Positions 30,645 to 39,438 of a DNA stretch of 64,000 nt are shown here, in pieces. Location: contig CAVSHR010000012.1 of NCBI GenBank assembly GCA_963727625.1, positions 96,001-160,000 of the forward strand, given 5' to 3'. The notes beneath the pieces were generated by a model, which saw only the letters and a program-made list of their open reading frames with translations, ran no database searches and was not told the origin of the DNA. This stretch comes from an uncultured delta proteobacterium (GTDB lineage: Bacteria > Desulfobacterota > Binatia > UBA9968). Position numbers and translations under genes: made by a program. Every line of letters starts with the position of its first letter. The first letter of the stretch is position 1.

Positions 30645-30710
30645 TCCCGCAAAGGCGCAAAGACGCAAAAGCAAGAAGACTCAGATTCCTAACTTTGCGC
30701 CTTTGCGGGA
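30645..30710. repeat. Intergenic inverted-repeat element, GCAAAG family (copy 2)
   Basis: Perfect 18-bp arms TCCCGCAAAGGCGCAAAG / CTTTGCGCCTTTGCGGGA with a 30-bp spacer. Confidence 0.85.
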
Positions 30711-30754
30711 AAACTTTTTAAATGACATCAAAAAAGAATCTACGGAGGCGGACC

Positions 30755-31513
30755 ATGCGTTTAAAAGATAAAGTGGCGATTGTCACCGGCGGCGGCGTGG
30801 GCATCGGCAAAGCTTATGCGCATGGCTTGGCCAAGGAAGGCTCCAAGGTCGTCGTCGCGGACATTCAAGACGGTGAAGCCAAAAAAGTCGCCGCGGAGAT
30901 CAAGGCAGCGGGCGGCGAAGCGACGGCGATGTATGTCGATGTCACGTCCCCGGAAAAAACCCAGGCGATGGCCGACGCGGCGCTCAAAAGCTACGGCCGC
31001 ATCGACATTCTCGTCAACAACGCCGGGCTCTATTCCGCGCTCAAGAAGAAAGGCTTCATGGAGATCGACGGCGAGGAATGGGACCGGGTCATGGCGGTCA
31101 ACGTCAAAGGGTTATGGCACTGCGTTAAAGCGGTTTATCCGGCAATGAAGCAGCAGGGCAAAGGCAAGATCATTAATATTTCGTCAGGCACCGTGCTCGG
31201 CGGCTCGCCCTACTTTCTCCACTATGTCTCCTCGAAGGGCGCGGTCATCGGCTTCACCCGCGCTTTGGCGCGGGAGCTGGGCGAAGACAATATCTGCGTG
31301 AATTCGATCATGCCCGGTTTGACGATTTCCAGCGCCAATCAGGAAGGCGTGATGACCGCCGAGCAACTCGCCGACCGGCGCAAGCGCCGCGCCTTTCACC
31401 GCGATCAGTACCCCGCCGATCTCGTCGGCACGGTGATCTTTCTCGCCTCCGACGACAGCGATTTCATGACCGGCCAGTCGATCAGCGTCGACGGCGGCAT
31501 GAACATGCACTGA
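30755..31513 (+). CDS. Short-chain dehydrogenase/reductase
   Basis: TGGGVGIG, NNAG, YVSSK, MTGQSISVDGG; RBS GGAGG. Confidence 0.93.
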   Translation: MRLKDKVAIVTGGGVGIGKAYAHGLAKEGSKVVVADIQDGEAKKVAAEIKAAGGEATAMYVDVTSPEKTQAMADAALKSYGRIDILVNNAGLYSALKKKGFMEIDGEEWDRVMAVNVKGLWHCVKAVYPAMKQQGKGKIINISSGTVLGGSPYFLHYVSSKGAVIGFTRALARELGEDNICVNSIMPGLTISSANQEGVMTAEQLADRRKRRAFHRDQYPADLVGTVIFLASDDSDFMTGQSISVDGGMNMH

Positions 31514-31542
31514 AACATGATTGCGCCGCTCGCTCCCTGCAG

Positions 31543-32793
31543 TTATTCGAAGATGAGACTGGTAAAAGTCACAGCCGAAGCGGTCTCCGGCGTAAACGCC
31601 TGACCGTAGTGAAGAGGATTGCCGCGCGCGCCGTCGAGCAGGTGAATGAGCGAATAAAGCGGTGAGAACCCGCAGATCCTGCGTTTATCCTGATCCTTGG
31701 CCACGGCGTGAAAAAATCCCGGCGCGTCGAGTTGCGCCAATCGGTCGACTAACTTGCGATCTTCGTTTTCGACCCACTTGAGAAAATCCTCGGTGATCGG
31801 CTCGCTATCGCCGAACTGCCGTCCCACATGAGCCAAATCAACGCCGGCGACGAAACAGACGCGCCGGGTTTCCCGCTCCGCCAATTCGCGCAGCGTCGTC
31901 AAAAATCTGCCAACCGCCAAGTTTTTTTCCGGAGCCGTCCGGCTCATCACCGCGGCATGAAACGATGAGACGAGAATCGGCACGATTTTAAACGGCTTCT
32001 CCGCTTGGCCGGTTAACGAGGCGCGCTTCTGCGCGAGATATTTTAGAAAGACGACTTGAAACTCCAGCGAATGTTCGCCGCGGTGGAGATATTCGTCGGC
32101 GAAGCAATCGTCATCGTACCTGGCTTGCAAGCGGTTGACGAAGGCTCTATCGGTTTCCACCAGTCCCAGCGGGGTTTCGAAATCCTTGAGCGTCAAAATA
32201 TACGGCGTTTGGCCGCCGCAGTGCGACGTGCCGAGCAGGATGTAGAGATCGGCGCCCTCGCTTTCGGCCAGAGATTTATATGCCCAAGCGTAGGCCGGAC
32301 CGCCGCGCTGAAAATCGATATGCGGCGCGACGATCGCTTTGGGGGTCGAGCCGATTTTTTGCCACGCAGGCAGACCGGGTCCCGCCGGCTCGGCAAAATA
32401 GTCTTCGAGCTGGCGAATCAACTCAACGGCATCAGCCTTATACACCCCGCCCACGTGGGCGGGGGCGCGCGTTGGCATGCGGCGGAATTCGCTAACGACC
32501 GAAGCGCGGTAGTTACGAAAGCCCTCGCTCTGTAAATAGTAACGTTGATCGAGCATGGCGACGAAGCTATTTAGATCGTCGCTCGTCAGTAAAGAGCCGA
32601 ATTGTTTGGCGTAAGCTGCTTGGATATCGACGTAGGAATGGCGCCCGTCAAAATGGGTTAGAATGAAATAACCCGGCGGCGAAAGCCCCAGCGGCGCGGC
32701 AAAATTCAACGGATCTTTTAAATAGACCAGAGTTTTACCCTCTTGCTCGATAGGAAACGCTTCGATCGGGCGCAGTTTGGGCTTGTCGTCCAT
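31543..32793 (-). CDS. amrB: MEMO1 family protein (AmmeMemoRadiSam protein B) with N-terminal extension
   Basis: IVAPHID, LGTSH, FETPLG, EHSLEFQ, DLAHVG, ICG. Confidence 0.88.
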   Translation of the reverse strand: MDDKPKLRPIEAFPIEQEGKTLVYLKDPLNFAAPLGLSPPGYFILTHFDGRHSYVDIQAAYAKQFGSLLTSDDLNSFVAMLDQRYYLQSEGFRNYRASVVSEFRRMPTRAPAHVGGVYKADAVELIRQLEDYFAEPAGPGLPAWQKIGSTPKAIVAPHIDFQRGGPAYAWAYKSLAESEGADLYILLGTSHCGGQTPYILTLKDFETPLGLVETDRAFVNRLQARYDDDCFADEYLHRGEHSLEFQVVFLKYLAQKRASLTGQAEKPFKIVPILVSSFHAAVMSRTAPEKNLAVGRFLTTLRELAERETRRVCFVAGVDLAHVGRQFGDSEPITEDFLKWVENEDRKLVDRLAQLDAPGFFHAVAKDQDKRRICGFSPLYSLIHLLDGARGNPLHYGQAFTPETASAVTFTSLIFE

Positions 32794-32857
32794 GGTCGCG
32801 GAGCTAGCGCGCCCAATTCGAGGGCGGCCAGGTGAAACGGATCAGTAAAGTTTGCAG

Positions 32858-33157
32858 CTAGACGATCCCGAGCCGCTGCTTTGCTTCCTCGCTGATCATG
32901 CTCGGATTCCACGGCGGCTCCCAGACCAGATCCACGGTGGCTTCACCGACGCCCTCCAGCGCCAAGATTTTTTGCTTGGCGTCGGCGGCAATCATGGTTC
33001 CCATGCCGCAACCAGGCGCGGTCAGCGTCATTTTTACCGCGACATTGCCGTCGGTAATTGCAACATCGTAGATCAATCCGAGGTCGACGATATTGACTGG
33101 AATTTCCGGGTCGTAACAGTCTTGCAATGCTTCATAGACCTGTTCTTTGGTAACCAT
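32858..33157 (-). CDS. DUF59/SufT-like Fe-S assembly protein
   Basis: DPEIPVNIVDLGLIY, MTLTAPGC, VWEPPW. Confidence 0.92.
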   Translation of the reverse strand: MVTKEQVYEALQDCYDPEIPVNIVDLGLIYDVAITDGNVAVKMTLTAPGCGMGTMIAADAKQKILALEGVGEATVDLVWEPPWNPSMISEEAKQRLGIV

Positions 33158-33198
33158 CTGATTGCTCCTTACAGGTAAACCGGCCAGTCGGCGCCATG

Positions 33199-34299
33199 TT
33201 AGCTGGAAACGATTTTGAGTCCCTGGGTTTTATTTGCCTGTTCCGACGCGATGGACAATTGCCCCGCCAATTTCGCGGCAATTTCCAAAAAGCACTTGCT
33301 CACTTCGCTGTGGGGATCTTGCACCAGGCTCGGCACGCCGTTGTCGGCGCCTTCGCGCAATGCTGGCGTGATCGGGATTTCGCCGAGATAGGGAATTTTG
33401 AATCGCACCGCGGCTTGCTGCACCCCGCCGCGCGAGAAAATCTCATGCTTCTTGCCGCAGCCGTCGCAAACAAAATAGCTCATGTTTTCGATGATGCCGA
33501 CAATCGGGATATTAACCTTGTCGAACATTGACTTGGCGCGCACCACGTCGGCGAGCGCGACGACTTGCGGCGTCGCCACTAACAGCGCGCCGCTGACTTT
33601 CAGTTGCTGGGAAAATGTGATTTGCACATCGCCCGTGCCCGGCGGCATGTCGACGACCAGATAGTCGAGATCGCCCCAATGAACATCCGCCATAAGCTGG
33701 TGCAACGCCTTGCCGAGCATGGGACCGCGCCAGATGACCGCCTGGTCGGGGTCGAGAAAAAAGCCGATCGACATCACCGGCAAACCATGCGCCATGGCCG
33801 GCTCGATCTTGTGAACGCCGCCTACCTCGATTTTTTTCGGCTCGCCTTTGACGCCCATGATAATCGGCACCGAGGGGCCATAAATATCGGCGTCGAGTAA
33901 ACCCGTCGCCGCCCCGTGCATTTTTAACGCAACGGCTAAATTGGCCGCGACGGTCGATTTCCCGACGCCGCCTTTGCCGGCCGCCACCAAGACGACATTT
34001 TTGACGGTGGGCAGCAAGTCAGTCTGGCCTGCCCCGGCCTTGCTGCCGCGCACCTGGGCGCCGAAATTGATCTCGACACCGCTTACGCCGGGAACCCGAC
34101 CGAGCGCTTTTTTGCAGTCGGTTTCAATCGATTCGCGCAGCGGACAAGCCGGCGTGGTCAATTCGACGGTGAAACGCACCAAGCCTTGGGCAATGGTTAG
34201 GTCTTTCACCATTCCCAGGCTGACGATGTCGCGATGCAGCTCGGGATCGTCGACTTTGCGCAACGCTTCGATCACTTGTTCTTGAGTCAAATTTTCCAC
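33199..34299 (-). CDS. mrp: Mrp/NBP35 (ApbC) Fe-S carrier ATPase with N-terminal DUF59
   Basis: DPEL..DIVSLG, TTPACP, GKGGVGKST, DADIYGPS, DMPPGTGD, ENMS..CDGC. Confidence 0.95.
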   Translation of the reverse strand: MENLTQEQVIEALRKVDDPELHRDIVSLGMVKDLTIAQGLVRFTVELTTPACPLRESIETDCKKALGRVPGVSGVEINFGAQVRGSKAGAGQTDLLPTVKNVVLVAAGKGGVGKSTVAANLAVALKMHGAATGLLDADIYGPSVPIIMGVKGEPKKIEVGGVHKIEPAMAHGLPVMSIGFFLDPDQAVIWRGPMLGKALHQLMADVHWGDLDYLVVDMPPGTGDVQITFSQQLKVSGALLVATPQVVALADVVRAKSMFDKVNIPIVGIIENMSYFVCDGCGKKHEIFSRGGVQQAAVRFKIPYLGEIPITPALREGADNGVPSLVQDPHSEVSKCFLEIAAKLAGQLSIASEQANKTQGLKIVSS

Positions 34300-34511
34300 G
34301 GCACTCCTTCCACCTAAAAAGTATTGACTTATAAGGTCTACGATGTCAACAGCGCTCTACCGCGCTAACAATCGCTCTACGACGACGTCCAAATGCTGAG
34401 CGCGCGGCGCTGCGCAAGAGCGAGAAATGTCGGCGCAACTTGATGGGCCAAAAGCGTTTTGCTACTATCAGAGCGTCTCTAAATTGTTTATTTTGATCTT
34501 CAGGAGTCACT

Positions 34512-35216
34512 ATGAAAAAATCTCTGCCGACATTGTTCGCGGTCTTGGTTTTGAGCGCACTAATGGGCTGCGCCGGTGGTAGTTTAACGACGCGCGAAAA
34601 AGGCGCTGGGATCGGCGCCCTAGGCGGCGCGGCGGCCGGCGGCATTATCGGCGCGGCGGTCGGCCATCCGGGCGCGGGGGCGGCGATCGGCGGCGCCCTC
34701 GGATTAGGCACCGGCGCGGTCGTCGGCGATCAACTCCAAGGCCAGGAAAATAAACAAAAGGAGCAACAGAAGGCCCTCGATCAGCAGCGCGCGGAGATCG
34801 ATAAGAACCGCGCCCTGATCGAAGAGCTGAAAAAGCGCAATGTCGAAGCGCGCGAAACCAGCCGCGGCGTCCTGGTTAATCTGCCGAGCGTCAACTTCCA
34901 GTTCGACAGTTCCGACTTGACGCCCGATGGCAGATCGAAAGTCAATCAGATCGCTAACATCATCCGCCGCGATGCGCCTAATCGACGCGTCACGGTCGAA
35001 GGCCACGCCAGCCGTGAAAGCGCCGCTCAGGAAGCCTACAACCAGCGTCTATCGGAACGGCGTGCGAATACCGTTGCGGATGCGCTGGAGCGCGATGGCG
35101 TGAACGGCCGAAACATCTCCGCCCAGGGTCTCGGAACGCGCGCGCCGGTCGCCTCCAACGATACGGAGAGCGGCCGGCAACAAAATAGGCGCGTCGAAGT
35201 GATTATCGAGAACTAA
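34512..35216 (+). CDS. OmpA-family lipoprotein with glycine zipper
   Basis: Lipobox LMGC, Gly zipper, VEGHA, LSERRA, NRRVE. Confidence 0.9.
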   Translation: MKKSLPTLFAVLVLSALMGCAGGSLTTREKGAGIGALGGAAAGGIIGAAVGHPGAGAAIGGALGLGTGAVVGDQLQGQENKQKEQQKALDQQRAEIDKNRALIEELKKRNVEARETSRGVLVNLPSVNFQFDSSDLTPDGRSKVNQIANIIRRDAPNRRVTVEGHASRESAAQEAYNQRLSERRANTVADALERDGVNGRNISAQGLGTRAPVASNDTESGRQQNRRVEVIIEN

Positions 35217-35794
35217 GGCTGGCCGAATCGCGGCTCGGTGCCGGCGAGCAGGCGCTGAACATTGGCGCGATGGCGCAGGATCACCATCGCGCCAAAAAAC
35301 GCGCCCATGCCTATCAGCGGCGGCGGATAGGACAAAAACCAGAGAGTAATGGGCGCCGCCGTGGCGGCGGCGATGGAACCCAGAGAAACGATCCGGCTGA
35401 TTAGAAGCGCGCTACCAAACACACCCATCAAAATCAAAGTCGCCAACGGCGCCACCACAAGCAACGCCCCCAGCGCCGTGGCCACCCCTTTACCGCCGCG
35501 AAACTTTAAGTACACCGGATATATGTGGCCTAGGAATGCGGCGACGGCCACCCATGCAACCGCCTCGTAATCGAAGCCGAGCTGAAGGACTAGAAAGACC
35601 GGCAAGAATCCCTTCGCCGCATCCGCGAGCAGCGTCAATACGCCCCTACCTTTCCCCAAAACGCGGGCCACATTGGTCGCGCCAATATTGCCGCTACCGG
35701 CGCTCCTGACGTCGATTCCCGCGAAGGTTCCAATGATAAAACCGCTGGGGACCGATCCCACCAAGTAAGAAATTATCATCGCCAGGATTTTCAT
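35213..35794 (-). CDS. plsY: Glycerol-3-phosphate acyltransferase PlsY
   Basis: YLVGSVP, GSGNIGATNVAR, GHIYP..FRGGKGVAT, RHRAN. Confidence 0.96.
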   Translation of the reverse strand: MKILAMIISYLVGSVPSGFIIGTFAGIDVRSAGSGNIGATNVARVLGKGRGVLTLLADAAKGFLPVFLVLQLGFDYEAVAWVAVAAFLGHIYPVYLKFRGGKGVATALGALLVVAPLATLILMGVFGSALLISRIVSLGSIAAATAAPITLWFLSYPPPLIGMGAFFGAMVILRHRANVQRLLAGTEPRFGQP

Positions 35795-35822
35795 CGTAGC
35801 CGGCAAACGGAAGGCGAGATGT

Positions 35823-36386
35823 TCAGAAGCGCAGTTTCGTCCTGCGCCGTCGCTCTCGACGCAGATAGTAATTGCCTCCGCCGATCCAACCGATTAAAAA
35901 GAACGCCGTGGCGATAGCAGCGCCGATCAATACCTCTTGTTCATGGCCTTCTAACATCTGTAGAATCGAGGGCGATTTCTTCGGCTGAGATTTTGAATCA
36001 GCGGGGCGCTCGACTGGAACGCCTGGGATGCTTTGCGATGGCGCCTTCGATGGGTCAATGTCAGCCGTCGCTTTAGCTTTCGCCACTGGTAGATTCGAGG
36101 CATCCCCTGCTGCCAGCAAAAAGGATCTAGCCGAAAAATCCCCAGCCTGACCGCCGAGCAAAACGGCAATGAGCGAGCTTTGCTCTTTGTCACCGGTGGG
36201 TGGATGAATCCTTTCTCTAAAATGCGGCGCAATCGCGCGACGCGTCGCCGATGGGGCGTTGGCTCGCGCCGAAGGCGTATCGGAGTCGGATGTTCCGCCT
36301 GCGCCCGACACCGCGCCGAATTCATAAAAAAACAGCAATATGCTGACCGGAATCACCAGCAGTTGGACCAGCCGCGCGTGCAACAT
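35823..36386 (-). CDS. Hypothetical membrane-anchored protein
   Basis: Hydrophobic N-terminus, low-complexity middle, C-terminal TM followed by an Arg-rich tail; no family recognised. Confidence 0.5.
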   Translation of the reverse strand: MLHARLVQLLVIPVSILLFFYEFGAVSGAGGTSDSDTPSARANAPSATRRAIAPHFRERIHPPTGDKEQSSLIAVLLGGQAGDFSARSFLLAAGDASNLPVAKAKATADIDPSKAPSQSIPGVPVERPADSKSQPKKSPSILQMLEGHEQEVLIGAAIATAFFLIGWIGGGNYYLRRERRRRTKLRF

Positions 36387-36449
36387 TTGCCTAATTTAAC
36401 ACAAGCGTTCCAAAACTCTCAATCTTTTAATGACATGGAACCTTCGCCG

Positions 36450-36491
36450 AAAACAAAAATGCCCTGCGCGGAAGTTAGCCGGACAGGGCAT
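36450..36491 (-). terminator. Probable intrinsic terminator after the cupin gene
   Basis: ATGCCCTG...CAGGGCAT stem followed on the minus strand by TTTTGTTTT. Confidence 0.55.
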
Positions 36492-36515
36492 CGATCGCGG
36501 GGAAATGCAGGCAGC

Positions 36516-37613
36516 TTAATTAGCCGGTTTCTTATAGAAATCAGGATTCATTTTGGTGGTGGTTCCCGACTTGGCAAGCTCCTCTTCGAACATTTTGCGG
36601 ATCCACGGCGCTTCGTCATAATACTCGATCTGGTTGCCGCCTTGTTTGACGTCTTTATCGACCTTGGTTATATCGCCAAAGCCTTCGCCGAGGCTGTATT
36701 TGATGCCACCCAGGCGCGGCGGCAGATAGCGGGCCCCCGTGGCGCCAATGTTGAAGTGCTGGTGAAACATCATCGCGGGCGGCGTGAAAACACTGCCATC
36801 CTGCCAGTCATAGCGCTTTGGCTCTTCTCCCTGGCGCCAGAACAACGAGAAGCCTTGGCCTTTGATGACGATGACATTGAAACCAGGTCCGTGGCGATGG
36901 GCTTTCTTATACGTGCCGACCGGAAATTCCGAAATGTGCGCCGCCATGGAACCGCCGGCTAATTCCAACATGACGTTCTTTCCGGCCGCGCCCCGCTCCT
37001 TCCAATCCTCGAGGGCAAAACTGCGCGCGTCGGCAATGAAGTTGGTGTCCCACACCCGGCCGGGATAGGCTTTGCCTTTGCCGCTGAAGTAATCCGGATC
37101 GCCGTCGAAACGCTCGGTGAAATCCCGCGGAGTGTTGAAGATAAAATCCGCGTTGTGAAACAAATTAAAGACGATCGGCATGCTGTTGACGGAGAAAAAT
37201 CTGGCAGGCTCGCTGCCCGTACCATTGAAGTGCTGATACCAGCTGTTAAGCGGCAACGCGAACAGGCTTCCCTCCTGCCATTCAAAGGTCTGTTTGGCGC
37301 CATTATCGTTCCATATCGTCGTCGCACCGCGCCCTTTGAGAACAAAAATCAGATCTTCATAGAGGTGTCTTTGCGGGTTAGTGTGTTTGCCCGGCGCAAT
37401 TTCCAGCACGTAGGCGCCCGTCGCTCCTTCCGCGCCTTCCATGTTGATAAACGCGCCATTACCACCGGTTCTGTCCCAAGGTTTCAACTCAACCTTTTTA
37501 AGATCCTGAACGAAAAAAGTTTTAACGATCGGAATTCCCTCGCCCATTTGCCATTTATCGTAGTAGGGAATGTTATCCATCACATTGTCAAATTGCACTG
37601 CCGGTTTGGACAT
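36516..37613 (-). CDS. Bicupin protein (gentisate-dioxygenase-like fold, function unknown)
   Basis: Two cupin motifs: QRHLYE...YQHFN and KAHRHGPG...FHQHFN. Confidence 0.82.
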   Translation of the reverse strand: MSKPAVQFDNVMDNIPYYDKWQMGEGIPIVKTFFVQDLKKVELKPWDRTGGNGAFINMEGAEGATGAYVLEIAPGKHTNPQRHLYEDLIFVLKGRGATTIWNDNGAKQTFEWQEGSLFALPLNSWYQHFNGTGSEPARFFSVNSMPIVFNLFHNADFIFNTPRDFTERFDGDPDYFSGKGKAYPGRVWDTNFIADARSFALEDWKERGAAGKNVMLELAGGSMAAHISEFPVGTYKKAHRHGPGFNVIVIKGQGFSLFWRQGEEPKRYDWQDGSVFTPPAMMFHQHFNIGATGARYLPPRLGGIKYSLGEGFGDITKVDKDVKQGGNQIEYYDEAPWIRKMFEEELAKSGTTTKMNPDFYKKPAN

Positions 37614-37852
37614 AATTTCCTCCAATGAAACTCTGTTTGGTTCATATCGTATACAACCTGCAAAAGCAAGTTAGCGTGGCTACGAAAAAATTTTCGATCA
37701 CAGGCGCTATACTGTCAATTTTACGGCTAAAAAAGCCCAGATAGCATTGACAACCCAGCTCAAACTCTACTAAATGGCAACTTAATGTGTTAGTCGCGCT
37801 ATCTGACCTCAACCGTGAACGGGCGGATAGGTCAAAAAGAAGGAGACAAGCC

Positions 37853-38068
37853 TTGGCTACAACGGTCGAAGCACCCATGGTGGGCAAGATTCTAAAGATT
37901 GAGAAAAACCTCGGCGACCATGTCGATGAAGACGAAGTGATCATTGTAATGGAAGCGATGAAGATGGAGATTCCTATCGTCGCGCCGGCTAGTGGAACGG
38001 TGAAAGAGTTAAACGTTTCAGTCGGTCAAGCCGTAGAAGCCGAGCAAGCGCTCGCCGTCATCGAATAA
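37853..38068 (+). CDS. Stand-alone biotin carboxyl carrier protein
   Basis: EAMKM biotinylation motif; TTG start after AAGGAG. Confidence 0.92.
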   Translation: MATTVEAPMVGKILKIEKNLGDHVDEDEVIIVMEAMKMEIPIVAPASGTVKELNVSVGQAVEAEQALAVIE

Positions 38069-38121
38069 TCCCGCCGGTCAAGTTCGCGATTTCCGTAAGA
38101 GATAACCTAAGGAGAGCCCTC

Positions 38122-38268
38122 ATGGATACTTGGACGTTCGGCCTGACCTTGGCAGTGATAGGCATGATCGGAACCATGTTGCTGCTGTGGATTCTAAGCC
38201 TGCTCATCCTGCTCATGAAAAAGGTCTTTCCGGCTCAACCCGAAGAATCGGCGGCTAAGAAAGGCTGA
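38122..38268 (+). CDS. OadG/MmdD-like small membrane subunit (48 aa, absent from the ORF track)
   Basis: MDTWTFGLTLAVIGMIGTMLLLWILSLLILLMKKVFPAQPEESAAKKG; RBS AAGGAG; directly upstream of the beta subunit. Confidence 0.8.
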   Translation: MDTWTFGLTLAVIGMIGTMLLLWILSLLILLMKKVFPAQPEESAAKKG

Positions 38269-38277
38269 TCTTACCTC

Positions 38278-39426
38278 ATGGAATCCGCGCTCGTTTCCGG
38301 TGTTCAAGGACTGTTTCTGGGAGTTTTGAATCTCGGACCAGGTCATGTCGTCATGATCCTGATCGGATCGTTGCTGCTCTATTTGGGCATCAGCAAGGGC
38401 TACGAGCCTCTGCTTCTGGTGCCCATCGGTTTTGGCGCGATCCTGGTCAACATTCCGCTTTCCGAAATGATGGCGGATGGCGGATTTATTCGCTACTTCT
38501 ACGATAACGGTGTGCGCACCGAGGTATTCCCGCTGCTGATTTTTCTCGGCATCGGCGCCATGACTGATTTCAAACCGTTATTGGAGAACCCCAAGATCAT
38601 CTTGCTCGGCGCCGCCGGTCAATTTGGTATCTTCATCACGCTGTTGCTCGCTCTCGCCTTGGGATTCGACAAGCTCGACGCCGTCGCCGTCTCGATCATC
38701 GGCGCCTGCGACGGGCCGACCGCGATCTACGTCAGCTCAAAATTCGCGCCGCATATGCTTGGCGCCGTGTCCATCGCCGCCTATTCTTACATGTCTTTGG
38801 TACCGCTCATTCAGCCCCCTATTATGCGCGCCCTGACCACCGAGAAGGAAAGACAAATCATCATGGGGGCAGCCAAAAGCCAACCCATATCGAAGACGAC
38901 CAAGATTGTCTTCCCCATCGCCGTCACCGTTTTCGCCTCGATTCTGGCTCCCAAAGGCGCGCCCTTGATCGGCACCATCATGCTCGGCAACTTGATGCGG
39001 GAGTGCGGCGTCGTCGACCGGTTAAAAAGCGCTTCGGAAAACGAGATCACCAATATCGTTACGCTGCTTCTCGGTCTTTGCATCGGTGCGACTATGGAGG
39101 CGGAGAAATTTCTCCGCGGTGAGACCCTGCTGGTCTTGGCGCTCGGCTTCGTCGCGATCAGTCTTGACACGGCGGTCGGAGTGCTATTCGGCAAGCTGAT
39201 GTGCCTCATGACGGGCGGCAAGATTAACCCGCTCATCGGCGCCGCCGGAATATCGGCGTTCCCTATGTCGGCGCGCGTGGTGCAGACGGAAGGGCAGAAG
39301 TACAATAAAAAAAGCTATCTCTTAATGCACGCCATGAGCGCCAACGCCGGCGGCCAGATCGGTTCGGTCATCGCGGCAGCGGTCATGCTCTCGGTTCTCC
39401 AGGGAATGGGAATTGTCGGCCAGTAA
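38278..39426 (+). CDS. oadB: Na+-translocating decarboxylase beta subunit
   Basis: EPLLLVPIGFG, GIGAMTDF, IIGACDGPT, AAYSYMSLVP, NPLIGAAGISAFP. Confidence 0.95.
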   Translation: MESALVSGVQGLFLGVLNLGPGHVVMILIGSLLLYLGISKGYEPLLLVPIGFGAILVNIPLSEMMADGGFIRYFYDNGVRTEVFPLLIFLGIGAMTDFKPLLENPKIILLGAAGQFGIFITLLLALALGFDKLDAVAVSIIGACDGPTAIYVSSKFAPHMLGAVSIAAYSYMSLVPLIQPPIMRALTTEKERQIIMGAAKSQPISKTTKIVFPIAVTVFASILAPKGAPLIGTIMLGNLMRECGVVDRLKSASENEITNIVTLLLGLCIGATMEAEKFLRGETLLVLALGFVAISLDTAVGVLFGKLMCLMTGGKINPLIGAAGISAFPMSARVVQTEGQKYNKKSYLLMHAMSANAGGQIGSVIAAAVMLSVLQGMGIVGQ

Positions 39427-39438
39427 ACCAGTAACGCC

